From an uncultured Aliarcobacter sp. (GTDB taxonomy: Bacteria > Campylobacterota > Campylobacteria > Campylobacterales > Arcobacteraceae): DNA of 64,000 nucleotides. A model generated the notes under the pieces. The model saw only the letters and a program-made list of their open reading frames with translations, was not told where the DNA came from and did no database searches. Within the stretch, counting starts at the first letter, position 1, and every line of letters starts with the position of its first letter. The position numbers and the translations under genes are program-made. Where the stretch lies: NCBI GenBank assembly GCA_963664305.2, contig CAXXLV010000002.1, forward strand, positions 160,001 to 224,000, given 5' to 3'. Shown in pieces: positions 8,924 through 19,274 of the stretch.

Positions 8924-11482
8924 TTATTTAAAAGAGACAAAGTTTTGAGAAGGTTTTCCTATATGGTAACCTTGATAGTAATCTATTTCTAATTCGTCAA
9001 GAACTTTAACAATTTCTTCATTTTCTACAAACTCAGCAATTGCTTGAACTTCTAATTCTTTTGCAAGTGTAACGATACTATTTACAAAGGCTTTATCTTT
9101 TGCATCTTTATTGATATTTACAATAAAATCACCATCGATTTTTACATAATCTATTGGGAATTTTTTAATATAGTGAAATGACGAGAATCCTGCACCAAAA
9201 TCATCTATCGCAAATTTATAACCTTCTGATTTTAAAATATGTACAAATTTTTCAAGTAAAGAGAAGTTTTTAACAGTTTCTCTTTCCGTAATTTCAAATA
9301 CAATTTTTTCTTTTTGAATGTTATATTTATCAACAAAACTATTTATTTTATTTATAAAATCACCCATAATTAAAGATTTAGGTGAAAGATTAATAAATAA
9401 AATTCCTTCATAAGAAGTTTCTTGAATTTTTCTAAATGCTTTTTCAATAACCATTAAATCCATAGTATTGATTAAACCTCTTGCTTCTGCAATTTCAATA
9501 AATTCAAATGCAGATACAACTTTACCATCTTGATGAATTCTCATTAAAAGTTCATGGATTACTAAACCATTATTATTTGTAGAAGAAGGTTTTATTGGTT
9601 GGAAATAAGCTTCTATTTGGTCATTTTCAATTGCTTTTATGAGAAGTGATGATTTTTCTTGTTTTTGTTTTAAAATTGAAGATACATCTTTTTGATTTGG
9701 TATTTTTATTGAATTTTTACCTTCTTCTTTTGCTTGATACATCATTGAATCAGCAATAATAAACATATCTTTTTGTGATAAACTATGTGTTGGATAAACT
9801 GATATTCCTATTGAAATTGTAATACCAACTCTTGTTCCATCAGGAGCTATTAGTTTTTCTTGTTCTATTTTTTTAGAAATTCTATTTGCAACTGTCATTG
9901 CTCCATTTTCATCACATTCTGGAAGAATTATTGTAAATTCATCTCCTCCATATCTAGCAACTATATCTTCAGGTCTTTTTTCTTTTTCTAAAATATCAGC
10001 AACTGTTTGTAAAAATTTATCTCCAAAAGAGTGCCCGAAATTATCATTAATTGGTTTAAAATTATCACAATCTATTACCATAAGAGCAAAAGGATATTTA
10101 TGTCTTTCAGCACGTTTGATTTCATATGCCATCATATCATTGAATACTCTTTGATTAAATAAATCTGTAAGTGGATCACGTGCAGCATAATATTCTAAAT
10201 CTTGAGTATATTTATGAATAGCTTTAACAGAACCAACAAGGTTTGCCATAGTTGTTAAAATAGAATCAATTACAATATATCTAACAGGGTCATTTGAGAA
10301 TACAGATTGAAGACCAATTCCTACAATTCCCCCAATTTTTGGTGTATCTAAGAATAGAGATTTTGTTCTATATTCAATATCATCTTCTTTTAATTCAGTT
10401 AATGAAATATTTTTATTTGCAACGATATGTTTTATTGTAAAATCTGTCATTCCTTGGAAATAGTCAGACTCTTTAACAATAGTATTTATATATCTATCAA
10501 ACATATCTTTTTGATGTTGTTTTGGTATAGCTAACCAAAAAATATCAACTTCAAATTGGTCTTCACCAACTCTAAAAATAGTCATTAAGGTATATGTTTC
10601 CATAATTTTGTTAATTTCTATTAGTAAGTCACAAATATACTCTTTCCAATCTTTTACAACATCTGAAGTTATAATAAATTTATCTAAAAGTTTTATTTCA
10701 AACTCTAATAACTCTTTATCAACAGCAATACCTTTTAGTTTTGTAGCCATTGAATCTACATTTTTAATAATTCGATTAAACTCTTTGAAGTATAAATCAA
10801 TATCTTTTGAGTCAAAGTCTTTAAAATCTTGAATTGAATTGATATTTTCAACTTTGTTATTAAATAAATCTAAATTATCAGTGATTTTTCTGGTGGTATT
10901 TCTTGAAGATATAAAAGCAATAATATAAAAAAGAGGAACAATTATTAGAAAAAATGCAATAAATTGGTATTTTGATTCTCTAAATATTGTGTTTAGATTT
11001 TGTTTTACTTCCAATACTCCTAAAACTTCACCTTCTTCTATATTTATATGACAAGCTTTACAATCTGTTGTTGCTTTTAGTGGTAAAATATTTCTAACTA
11101 TATTATTTTCAAAACTGTCTAAGTTCTCAATTTTTCCATTTAATACATCAACTAAAGTAGCATCTTTTTGTTTCTCAGCAATTTCTCCAAAAAGTTGTTT
11201 TACTTTATCTCCTCTATAGATATTAACTTCATAGTTACTAGTTTGAAAATTGTCTTCTAAAGATTTTGTAAACATCATTACATCATCTCTACTCCAACCT
11301 TTTCGCATAACTTGATACATTGATGAAAATATTTGATTTGATATAGCTTTTGAGTGATTTAAGGCTTCTTCTTTTGTGAGTTTAGTGTGGATATATGTAC
11401 TAAAAATAAAACAGACTAGAAAAATAATAGATACTAGAATAATTTGCCTAGAAAATATGTAGTTTTTGAAAGTTTTTTTCAT
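8924..11482 (-). CDS. Membrane diguanylate cyclase/phosphodiesterase (GGDEF-EAL) with periplasmic CxxCH sensor domain
   Basis: Two TM helices flanking CKACH; RYGGDEF with RPED I-site; ELLMR and DDFGAG in the EAL domain. Start set to ATG 11482 (GGA upstream) rather than TTG 11494. Confidence 0.9.
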   Translation of the reverse strand: MKKTFKNYIFSRQIILVSIIFLVCFIFSTYIHTKLTKEEALNHSKAISNQIFSSMYQVMRKGWSRDDVMMFTKSLEDNFQTSNYEVNIYRGDKVKQLFGEIAEKQKDATLVDVLNGKIENLDSFENNIVRNILPLKATTDCKACHINIEEGEVLGVLEVKQNLNTIFRESKYQFIAFFLIIVPLFYIIAFISSRNTTRKITDNLDLFNNKVENINSIQDFKDFDSKDIDLYFKEFNRIIKNVDSMATKLKGIAVDKELLEFEIKLLDKFIITSDVVKDWKEYICDLLIEINKIMETYTLMTIFRVGEDQFEVDIFWLAIPKQHQKDMFDRYINTIVKESDYFQGMTDFTIKHIVANKNISLTELKEDDIEYRTKSLFLDTPKIGGIVGIGLQSVFSNDPVRYIVIDSILTTMANLVGSVKAIHKYTQDLEYYAARDPLTDLFNQRVFNDMMAYEIKRAERHKYPFALMVIDCDNFKPINDNFGHSFGDKFLQTVADILEKEKRPEDIVARYGGDEFTIILPECDENGAMTVANRISKKIEQEKLIAPDGTRVGITISIGISVYPTHSLSQKDMFIIADSMMYQAKEEGKNSIKIPNQKDVSSILKQKQEKSSLLIKAIENDQIEAYFQPIKPSSTNNNGLVIHELLMRIHQDGKVVSAFEFIEIAEARGLINTMDLMVIEKAFRKIQETSYEGILFINLSPKSLIMGDFINKINSFVDKYNIQKEKIVFEITERETVKNFSLLEKFVHILKSEGYKFAIDDFGAGFSSFHYIKKFPIDYVKIDGDFIVNINKDAKDKAFVNSIVTLAKELEVQAIAEFVENEEIVKVLDELEIDYYQGYHIGKPSQNFVSFK

Positions 11483-11620
11483 TTTTAAATCCAAATTCTG
11501 AGAAATATAATCGCTATATTATCAGAAAAAAAATATTTAGTACAGAAAAAAGAGTAAAAAATGTTATTAAATAAGATAGAAACTTTATAAAAAGGCTTAA
11601 TTTAAGTTATTATTTATTTT

Positions 11621-11647
11621 AAAAGAGGGTTTTATAACCACTCTTTT
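11621..11647 (-). terminator. Probable intrinsic terminator after the globin gene
   Basis: Imperfect hairpin aaaagagggtt...aaccactctttt overlapping the globin stop. Confidence 0.5.
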
Positions 11648-12080
11648 AATCTTGAGGTGTATTTACCATCCAAATTGAGAAAATATCTAAATAATTCCAA
11701 AAAGATTGTTTTAAATCATCTGGCATATCTAAGTTCTTTAAAATAATAATGTAAGATTCAAGCCAAATTTTTCTTGCATTTGGAGTGATTCTAAAAGGTT
11801 GATGACGACCAACCATTTGTGGTGCACCTCTATTTTGATTAAAATAATCAGGACCTCCACAAATTTGGATAAAGAAATCAGCAGAGTGTTGTTTCGCAAG
11901 AGCAAATCCTTCATCAGTTGGAGGAAATAGTCCTTTAATATCACTTTGTCTTAATAAATCATAATGGTCAGAGATTAATTTTCTCATCCCTTCTTCACCT
12001 AAAAATTCTAGAACTTTTGGGTCTGGTTTTACAACAGGAGGTCTAATACCCATTGGTGCTTCTGTAATAGTAAATTGCAT
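11646..12080 (-). CDS. Truncated (2/2) hemoglobin-like globin
   Basis: LG.EG...L...Y, FFIQICGGP.Y, G.P.M..RH.PF.I......WL pattern of group II truncated globins. Confidence 0.85.
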   Translation of the reverse strand: MQFTITEAPMGIRPPVVKPDPKVLEFLGEEGMRKLISDHYDLLRQSDIKGLFPPTDEGFALAKQHSADFFIQICGGPDYFNQNRGAPQMVGRHQPFRITPNARKIWLESYIIILKNLDMPDDLKQSFWNYLDIFSIWMVNTPQD

Positions 12081-12222
12081 TTTTATTAACCTTTTAAAAA
12101 TATATAAATAATTTTACGCTAAAAGCGTTTTATATAATACAATATATTTGATTTTAAATAGTTTTTACGATTAAAAAAAGTTAACTATGTTAGAATACCG
12201 AGATTTAAAAATTAGGATTTTG

Positions 12223-12819
12223 ATGCATAAAAATATGAACTCTATAATCGAATGTTATAGTTGTGGATTATTTATAAAAAAAGAGGCAAAAAAGAATGCC
12301 ACTTTTCGATGTCCAAGATGTAATAGTAAATTAGAAATCAATAAAAAACACTCTAACGATTCTTTATATTACGCGATTTCAGCGCTTTTATTATTTGGCA
12401 TTTTAAATATCTATCCAATTATAACTTTGAATATAAATGAGAGTGAATTAAAAGCAACTTTAGTTGGAACAGTCTCAATTTTACTTGAACAAAACTTCTT
12501 TTTTGTTGGTTTAGTTGTTTTTTTTACTATTATTTTTGCTCCTATTTCAAACTCTTTAATAATTATTTTTGCTTTTATACAAAAGAAAACAAAAGTCAAA
12601 TTGTTTACAAAAACATTATTACATGATAGTTTTTATTTTTTTAAGCATTGGGGATTTATTGAAGTTTTTATAATAAGTATTATTGTTACATATATAAAAC
12701 TTGTTGGAATGGTTAGTTCTACAAAATTTGATATAGGATTTTATGTACTTTTAGCTTATATTTTTTGTTTTTATATGTCTAATGTGAAATTTGAGGGTAA
12801 AAGTGTATTTGGAGAATAG
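12223..12819 (+). CDS. pqiA: Paraquat-inducible protein A (PqiA/LetA), first domain
   Basis: CxxC...CPRC zinc motifs, TM helices, WGFIEVF. Start moved to ATG 12223 (AGGA SD); 12188-12196 reads as an extended -10 (TGtTAGAAT). Confidence 0.85.
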   Translation: MHKNMNSIIECYSCGLFIKKEAKKNATFRCPRCNSKLEINKKHSNDSLYYAISALLLFGILNIYPIITLNINESELKATLVGTVSILLEQNFFFVGLVVFFTIIFAPISNSLIIIFAFIQKKTKVKLFTKTLLHDSFYFFKHWGFIEVFIISIIVTYIKLVGMVSSTKFDIGFYVLLAYIFCFYMSNVKFEGKSVFGE

Positions 12820-13401
12820 ATGGTTTTAATCTCTTGTAAAAATTGTCATAAAGTATATGAAAAAGAAAATTATGATGATTTTATTTGTACTAGATGTAAA
12901 CATAAAGTTACAAGAAGAGTTAAAAACTCTTTACAAGTATCTTTAGCTTTAGTTATTTGTGCGATATTATTGTATATACCTGCGATGGTTTATCCAATAA
13001 TGGAAGTAACAAAACTAGGTGTTCAAGTAGAAAGTACAATTTTAGAAGGTGTAATCAGCTTTTTAAATATGGAGAGTTATTTTATAGCTATTGTAATTTT
13101 TACAGCAAGTGTGGCAATACCTATGATTAAACTAGTTGGTTTGCTTTTCATATTTGTATCTCTAAAAATAAATGTAAAAATGGAAAATAAAACAAAAAAT
13201 TTGATATATAAATTTATTGAAGCAATAGGAAAATGGTCAATGATAGATATTTATGTAGTTGCAATTTTAGCTTCTGTTGTTCAACTTGATGAAATTTTTA
13301 ATATAAAAGGGGGAATTGCTGCAACCTCTTTTGCTTTAATGGTGATTTTAACAATGATAGCAGCAAATAGATTTGATACAAGGATTATTTGGGATGAGTA
13401 A
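12820..13401 (+). CDS. pqiA: Paraquat-inducible protein A (PqiA/LetA), second domain
   Basis: CxxC...CxRC, LYIPA, IGKWSMIDIYV, FDTRIIWD. Confidence 0.9.
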   Translation: MVLISCKNCHKVYEKENYDDFICTRCKHKVTRRVKNSLQVSLALVICAILLYIPAMVYPIMEVTKLGVQVESTILEGVISFLNMESYFIAIVIFTASVAIPMIKLVGLLFIFVSLKINVKMENKTKNLIYKFIEAIGKWSMIDIYVVAILASVVQLDEIFNIKGGIAATSFALMVILTMIAANRFDTRIIWDE

Positions 13402-16060
13402 AGATTTAGTAAAAGAAGATGAATTGAAAGATATAGTTTATCAACCAAAGATTGAAGATAAAAAATCAGTATCATTTATTTGGATTTTACCTTTAATTAT
13501 ATTGGGAATTTTAGGTTGGATTGCTTATGAATCTTATATGAAAAAAGGTACAAAAATCACTGTTGTATTCAAAAGTGCAGAAGGTTTAAAAGAGGGTATT
13601 ACTCCTTTGGAATATAAAGGTTTACAACTTGGAAAAGTTACAAAAATCTCTATGCATGAAGATTTAAAAAGTGTAAAAGTAAATATTTTAGTAGATAATG
13701 ATGTGGCAAAATATGTTGCAAGTGAAAGTTCAGAATTTTGGATAAAAAAACCAACAGTTTCTTTAACAAAAGTATCAGGACTTAATACTTTGATTAGTGG
13801 TTATAAAATTGAACTTTCTCCAAAATTTAAAACACAAGAAGAGTATAACCAAGGTGTAAAAAAAGACTACTTTAAAGGACTAGATTCTCCTCCAAATGAT
13901 GAGTTTGATGACAATGGATATTATATTTCTTTGATAGCAAATGATAAAAGTAATATCGAAGTTGGAACACCAATATTTTATAATAAATTCCAAATTGGGG
14001 AAATAACAGCAAAAGAGTTTATATTTGAAAAAGTTTATTTTACAGCTTATATTTATGATAAATTTAACTATTTAGTAAACAAAAGCTCAAAATTTGTAAT
14101 AAATGAAGCTCTAAAAGTAAAATATGGAGCAAGTGGATTAAATGTTGAATTAGGTTCTTTATATTCAGCTTTAGTTGGAGGAGTTACTGTTGTAACACCT
14201 GATAAAAATGATACAAAAATTTCAAAAGATGAAGTTTACGTTTTATATGGAAAAGAAGATGATTTAAAAAACAAAGAGTATTTCACTATCAATTTTGCTG
14301 ATGTAAATGGAATAGAAGAAGGAACACCAATTATTTATAAGGGTATTGAAGTTGGAGAGATTTTAGAAGTTACTTTAAATAAAGAAACTTTAAATACAAA
14401 AGCTTATATTTATGATGAGTATAAATATTTACTTACAAAAAATACAAAGTTTTTTGTTGAAGAGCCAACTATTTCTTTAGATGGAGTGAAAAATTTAGGA
14501 AATATAGTAAAAGGTAACTTTATCTCTTTAGAGTATAAAAAAGGTGATTTTACAAATAATTTTAATGCAATAAATAAAAAAGATTTAAATAAAATTAGCA
14601 ACACAATAAAAGTTGAATTATTAAGTGAAAATCTAAATTCTATTTCTGATAAATCAAAAGTTTATTATAAAAATATAGAAATAGGAAATGTTGATAGTTA
14701 TACTTTAACACCAGATTTGAAAAATGTAAAAATCACTATTTTAATTGATGATAAATATAAAGATTTAGTAAATGACAATACACTTTTTTATGATATGAGT
14801 TCAAAACTTGTTGAGATGAAAAGTTTAAATTTAAATGTAAATTATAGTGGAATAGAGCCATTGTTAAATGGTGCTATTGGAATCATAGCTGAAAAAAAAG
14901 CTAATGAAAAACTTACAAAAAATGAATTTAAACTTTATAGTTCTTTTAAAGATGTAGAAAGACTTAAAAGATTTTATAATAGTGGATTTACTATTGAAGC
15001 AGATTTTGATAACAGCTTTGAAATAAAACAAGATATGGCAATAGTTTATAAAAATCAAGAGATAGGTTTTGTTAAAGATATAAAATTTGATGATAAAAAA
15101 TCAAAAGTTAATCTATTTATTTACTCTCCATATAAAAAATACATAACAGATAAAAGTAGATTTTTCAAACAAGGAATTGTTAATTTTAAAGCTAGTTTAT
15201 CAGGTGTTATTTTTGAAGTTGATAACTTTTCATCTTTGATTGATGGTTCTATTCATTTAGATAACTCTTCAACTACAACTTTGAGTAAATACCAAATCTT
15301 TGCTTCTGAAGATGAAATGAATAAAGCTATAAATAGTGTAACTATAGTTTTTGATGATGTAGAAGGCTTACAAGAAAACTTTTCACAACTAACTTATAAA
15401 GGTGTAAATGTTGGGAAAATAAAAAAAATCTCTTTAAATGAACAACAAAAAGTTGAAGTTCAAGCTTTGATTTATGATGATTATTCATCTTTTGCAAAAG
15501 AGGGAACAGTTTATTATTTAAAAAAACCTAGAATATCTTTACAAGAGATTGCAAATGCAGGTTCAACTGTAATGGCTGTTAATATTGGGGTAATTAAAAG
15601 TGAAAGTCTAAATAGACAAACAAAATTTGTTGGACTAGAAACTCAACCTTCAGTTGAAAAATCACAATTTGGAACAGTATTTAAAGTAGAAGATGTAACA
15701 GCATCAAGCGTAAATGTTGATGCACCAGTTTATTATAAAAATGTACAAATTGGAAAAGTAAGTAAAATTGACTTAAGTGAAGATGGTTCTAAAGTTGTAG
15801 TTGATTGTTTGATTTATGATAAATATACAAAACTTATTAGAAAAAATTCAGAATTTTATGACATAAGTGGTTTTGAGATGAAATTCTCTATTTTTAGTGG
15901 TTCTAAAATTGAATCAAATACTTTTACAAGTTTATTAAAAGGTGGTTTAGTTGTAGTTACTCCTTATGAATATGGTGAAATAGCAAATCCAAAAGATAAA
16001 TTTACTTTAGTAAAAACATTAAGAGAAGATTGGAAAAGTATAAGTCCAAGTATAAAATAA
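13394..16060 (+). CDS. pqiB: Multi-MCE (MlaD) lipid transport protein, PqiB/LetB-like, about 7 MCE domains
   Basis: IWILPLI TM anchor; repeated G/TP.YKG/N..IG.V motifs counted seven times; likely start ATG 13394 overlapping the pqiA stop. Confidence 0.88.
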   Translation: MSKDLVKEDELKDIVYQPKIEDKKSVSFIWILPLIILGILGWIAYESYMKKGTKITVVFKSAEGLKEGITPLEYKGLQLGKVTKISMHEDLKSVKVNILVDNDVAKYVASESSEFWIKKPTVSLTKVSGLNTLISGYKIELSPKFKTQEEYNQGVKKDYFKGLDSPPNDEFDDNGYYISLIANDKSNIEVGTPIFYNKFQIGEITAKEFIFEKVYFTAYIYDKFNYLVNKSSKFVINEALKVKYGASGLNVELGSLYSALVGGVTVVTPDKNDTKISKDEVYVLYGKEDDLKNKEYFTINFADVNGIEEGTPIIYKGIEVGEILEVTLNKETLNTKAYIYDEYKYLLTKNTKFFVEEPTISLDGVKNLGNIVKGNFISLEYKKGDFTNNFNAINKKDLNKISNTIKVELLSENLNSISDKSKVYYKNIEIGNVDSYTLTPDLKNVKITILIDDKYKDLVNDNTLFYDMSSKLVEMKSLNLNVNYSGIEPLLNGAIGIIAEKKANEKLTKNEFKLYSSFKDVERLKRFYNSGFTIEADFDNSFEIKQDMAIVYKNQEIGFVKDIKFDDKKSKVNLFIYSPYKKYITDKSRFFKQGIVNFKASLSGVIFEVDNFSSLIDGSIHLDNSSTTTLSKYQIFASEDEMNKAINSVTIVFDDVEGLQENFSQLTYKGVNVGKIKKISLNEQQKVEVQALIYDDYSSFAKEGTVYYLKKPRISLQEIANAGSTVMAVNIGVIKSESLNRQTKFVGLETQPSVEKSQFGTVFKVEDVTASSVNVDAPVYYKNVQIGKVSKIDLSEDGSKVVVDCLIYDKYTKLIRKNSEFYDISGFEMKFSIFSGSKIESNTFTSLLKGGLVVVTPYEYGEIANPKDKFTLVKTLREDWKSISPSIK

Positions 16061-16069
16061 AGGAAAAAA

Positions 16070-17362
16070 TTGTTAAACAATAATTTTTTAAGAATTTTAG
16101 TTTCTGGTGGGATTGCTACAGTTTTACAAAGAAGTTTAGGATTAAATCCTATCTCTTTGGAAGGATTTGTCTTTTTTTTATTGATTTTTTCAACAGTTAG
16201 TTATTTTTGGATATTTATTTTTCCAATGAAAAAAGAGGATTTAAGTCAAGAGGAAAAAGAGAAACTACTAAAACAAAAAGAGTTAAATAAAAAAATTTAT
16301 TTTGAGTACATAAAAAAATTTGTTGTTATAGTTTTTTCTTTAATTTGTTTAAATATTATTGTAAATTTTTTATCTTTTAAAACAGGATTATTTGATGATA
16401 GTTTTAAATATAGATTTAATACAAAAAAAGCTATTTCTTTAAATTTGGATAATGAAAATCTTGTAAAAGATATTCGACTTTATGATGAGTTTTACTCTTT
16501 ATATAAAAAAGATGGAAAATATTTTTTAGTTCAAAAAAATGAAGAATCAAATAAATATATTTTAACTCTTTATTCAAGTTTTTATATTTCAGATATTTTT
16601 GATAATTTAAAAGATGAAGAGAATTTTTTGGATATTTTAGAAAATATTTCTCCAACACTTTACAAAGAGATAACTTTTCAAGATTTTATTTTTAAACCTT
16701 TGTGGTTTTTTAATAATTCAAAAGATATTTATTGGTTAAGTGAAGATATTGAGTTTTATAAAAATGAGTATAAAAAATATATTGAACAAAAAAAAGCAAA
16801 AGAGAAAGAAGAAAAATATAAATCTTTGTTAAATAAAGATTTACAAAATCTAAGTGAAATAGAGTTGTTTAATCTTTTGAAAGATATTTATAAAATAAAT
16901 GCTTTTACGGAAGAAGAGAGTTATTTAATAGCTATTTTTAATGAACTTGATAAAAGAGATAAAAATAAAACAAAAAATTTGAATATAGATGCTTATAGAT
17001 TTGCTTTACTCGCATATTTTCATTTATATAAAACAAAAGTAGAGTTAAATTATATTTTGAAAAAATATGAAAAAGGTGTTGTTTATGCCTTTGATTTTTG
17101 GGATTTAAAACCTGATGTAAATATAAAGTTTTCCCACGCTAGATTTGTAAATCTAAAAAGTGATGAAGTAACGGTTTTTTATCAAGAGAATTTACAAAAT
17201 ATTGAAGTTTTAGGAAATGAAATAGTTGTTACTCAAAAAGATGGAACAAAAATCTCTTTAGGATTTTTTGAAAAAGAGGATGTAGAAACTATAAAAAACA
17301 AATTATCTATTTTAATAAGAGATGTTTATTTGGTTCAAAATATTTATAATAAGTTGAAATAA
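16070..17362 (+). CDS. Hypothetical membrane protein
   Basis: 430 aa, TTG start after AAGGA, 2-3 N-terminal TM helices; no recognised motif. Confidence 0.7.
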   Translation: MLNNNFLRILVSGGIATVLQRSLGLNPISLEGFVFFLLIFSTVSYFWIFIFPMKKEDLSQEEKEKLLKQKELNKKIYFEYIKKFVVIVFSLICLNIIVNFLSFKTGLFDDSFKYRFNTKKAISLNLDNENLVKDIRLYDEFYSLYKKDGKYFLVQKNEESNKYILTLYSSFYISDIFDNLKDEENFLDILENISPTLYKEITFQDFIFKPLWFFNNSKDIYWLSEDIEFYKNEYKKYIEQKKAKEKEEKYKSLLNKDLQNLSEIELFNLLKDIYKINAFTEEESYLIAIFNELDKRDKNKTKNLNIDAYRFALLAYFHLYKTKVELNYILKKYEKGVVYAFDFWDLKPDVNIKFSHARFVNLKSDEVTVFYQENLQNIEVLGNEIVVTQKDGTKISLGFFEKEDVETIKNKLSILIRDVYLVQNIYNKLK

Positions 17363-17371
17363 GGATTTTAG

Positions 17372-18085
17372 ATGACTTATGTGATTGGTGATGTTCATGG
17401 AGAGTTTGATTGTCTAAGAAGATTAGTAAATAAACTTCCAAAAGAAGCTAAACTTATTTTTGTTGGTGATTTAGTTGATAGGGGAAGAAAATCAAAAGAA
17501 GTAGTGGAATTTGTAAAAAATAACAATCATTTATGCACTCTTGGAAATCATGAAAAAATGATGATTGAGTATGTAGAGGAGTTTGAAAAAACATATCCAA
17601 CTCTTCCTTGTATGGTCTATTATCATAGATGGATACACAATGGTGGGAAACAAACACTTCTTTCTTATGGTGTAATTGAACTTGATAAAAGTGATGGAAA
17701 GTTAGTTTGTGTTGAAGATAAAGAAAAATTTCAAAGACTTTTAGATGATGTGAAGTGGTTAAAAACTTTACCTTTATATATAGAGTTAGAAGCTAAAAAA
17801 AATGATAAACCAATAGTAATTTCTCATGCTTCTATGGCTGATGTTTGGTATTTAAAAGATGATGAAAAAAAACAAGAAACTATAGAAGAGTATGCTTTAT
17901 GGAATAGAAAAGAACCAAAAATTGATGTTCCAATTTTTAATATTTTTGGTCATACTATTCAAAAAGAAGTAGATTTGACAAAACATTTTATAGATGTTGA
18001 TACTGGATGTTGTTATGCAGATAAAGGTTATGGAAAACTTAGTGCTTATTGTGTAGAAACAAATCAAGTTATTTTTAGTGAATAA
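17372..18085 (+). CDS. Metallophosphoesterase (PPP/PphA-like Ser/Thr phosphatase family)
   Basis: GDVHG, GDLVDRG, GNHE, FGHT, DTG motifs. Confidence 0.92.
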   Translation: MTYVIGDVHGEFDCLRRLVNKLPKEAKLIFVGDLVDRGRKSKEVVEFVKNNNHLCTLGNHEKMMIEYVEEFEKTYPTLPCMVYYHRWIHNGGKQTLLSYGVIELDKSDGKLVCVEDKEKFQRLLDDVKWLKTLPLYIELEAKKNDKPIVISHASMADVWYLKDDEKKQETIEEYALWNRKEPKIDVPIFNIFGHTIQKEVDLTKHFIDVDTGCCYADKGYGKLSAYCVETNQVIFSE

Positions 18086-18160
18086 AATAATTTTTTGTAT
18101 AGAATTTATGAGGAATTTTGCTATCATTTAAGAAATAAAGCTTAAATATTAAGGTTTTTT

Positions 18161-19273
18161 ATGCAAGACAATAAAACTCATAAACAAACAATTTTAGTTG
18201 TAGATGATACTCCTGATAATCTTTTTTTAGTATCAAATTTACTAAAAGATTTATATTGTGTGAAAGTTGCAAATAGTGGCGAAAAAGCCTTAAAATATCT
18301 TTTTGAAACAAATATTCCTCCTGATTTAATTCTGCTTGATATTATGATGCCAGTCTTGAGCGGTTATGATGTTTTAAAAAAAATAAAAGAAAATCCCAAA
18401 TTAAGTGCTATTCCAATTATATTTTTAACTGCAAAAAGTTCTGTTGAAGATGAAAAAATAGGCTTAGAATTAGGAGCTAGTGATTATATTGTAAAACCAA
18501 TTTCTCCTCCAATTTTATTAGCTCGTGTTAAAACACAACTTGAAAATAAAGCTGCTGCTGATTTTCTAAAAGACCATAATGTATTTTTAGAAAAAGAGAT
18601 TCAAAAAAGAACTCAAGAAATAGTTGCTATTCAAGATGTTACTATTTTTGCAATGGCATCTTTAGCTGAAACAAGAGACAATGAGACAGGAAATCATATT
18701 AGAAGAACAAGAAATTATGTAAAAGTTCTTGCTTTGAAACTACAAAATCATCCAAAATTCAAAGATTATTTAACTGATGATATGATTAACACTTTATATA
18801 AATCTGCTCCTTTACATGATATTGGAAAAATTGGAATTCCTGACCATATCTTATTAAAACCTGGAAAATTAACTCCTGAAGAGTTTGAAGTTATGAAAAC
18901 TCACACAACTTTGGGAAAAGAGGCGATTGAACATGCTGAAAATCAACTAGGATTTGAGGTTGATTTTTTAAAAACTGCTAAGGAGATAGCTTATTCTCAT
19001 CAAGAAAAATATGATGGTTCAGGATATCCTTTAGGATTAAAATGTGATGAAATACCAATTAGTGCAAGACTTATGACAGTTGCTGATGTTTATGATGCGC
19101 TAATAAGTAGAAGAGTTTATAAAGAGAGTTTCGATTTAGATGTAACAATAAAAATAATGAAAGAAGGGCGAGGAACTCATTTTGACCCTGATATGATAGA
19201 TGCATTTTTAGAAATAAAAGATGAGTTTGAAAAAATAGCAGAAAGTTTTAACGATAAACATAACGAGGAATAA
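18161..19273 (+). CDS. Response regulator with HD-GYP c-di-GMP phosphodiesterase domain (RpfG-like)
   Basis: REC domain (VVDD, LLDIMMP, KP); LHDIGK, HQEKYDGSGYP, ADVYDAL. Confidence 0.93.
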   Translation: MQDNKTHKQTILVVDDTPDNLFLVSNLLKDLYCVKVANSGEKALKYLFETNIPPDLILLDIMMPVLSGYDVLKKIKENPKLSAIPIIFLTAKSSVEDEKIGLELGASDYIVKPISPPILLARVKTQLENKAAADFLKDHNVFLEKEIQKRTQEIVAIQDVTIFAMASLAETRDNETGNHIRRTRNYVKVLALKLQNHPKFKDYLTDDMINTLYKSAPLHDIGKIGIPDHILLKPGKLTPEEFEVMKTHTTLGKEAIEHAENQLGFEVDFLKTAKEIAYSHQEKYDGSGYPLGLKCDEIPISARLMTVADVYDALISRRVYKESFDLDVTIKIMKEGRGTHFDPDMIDAFLEIKDEFEKIAESFNDKHNEE

Positions 19274-19274
19274 A

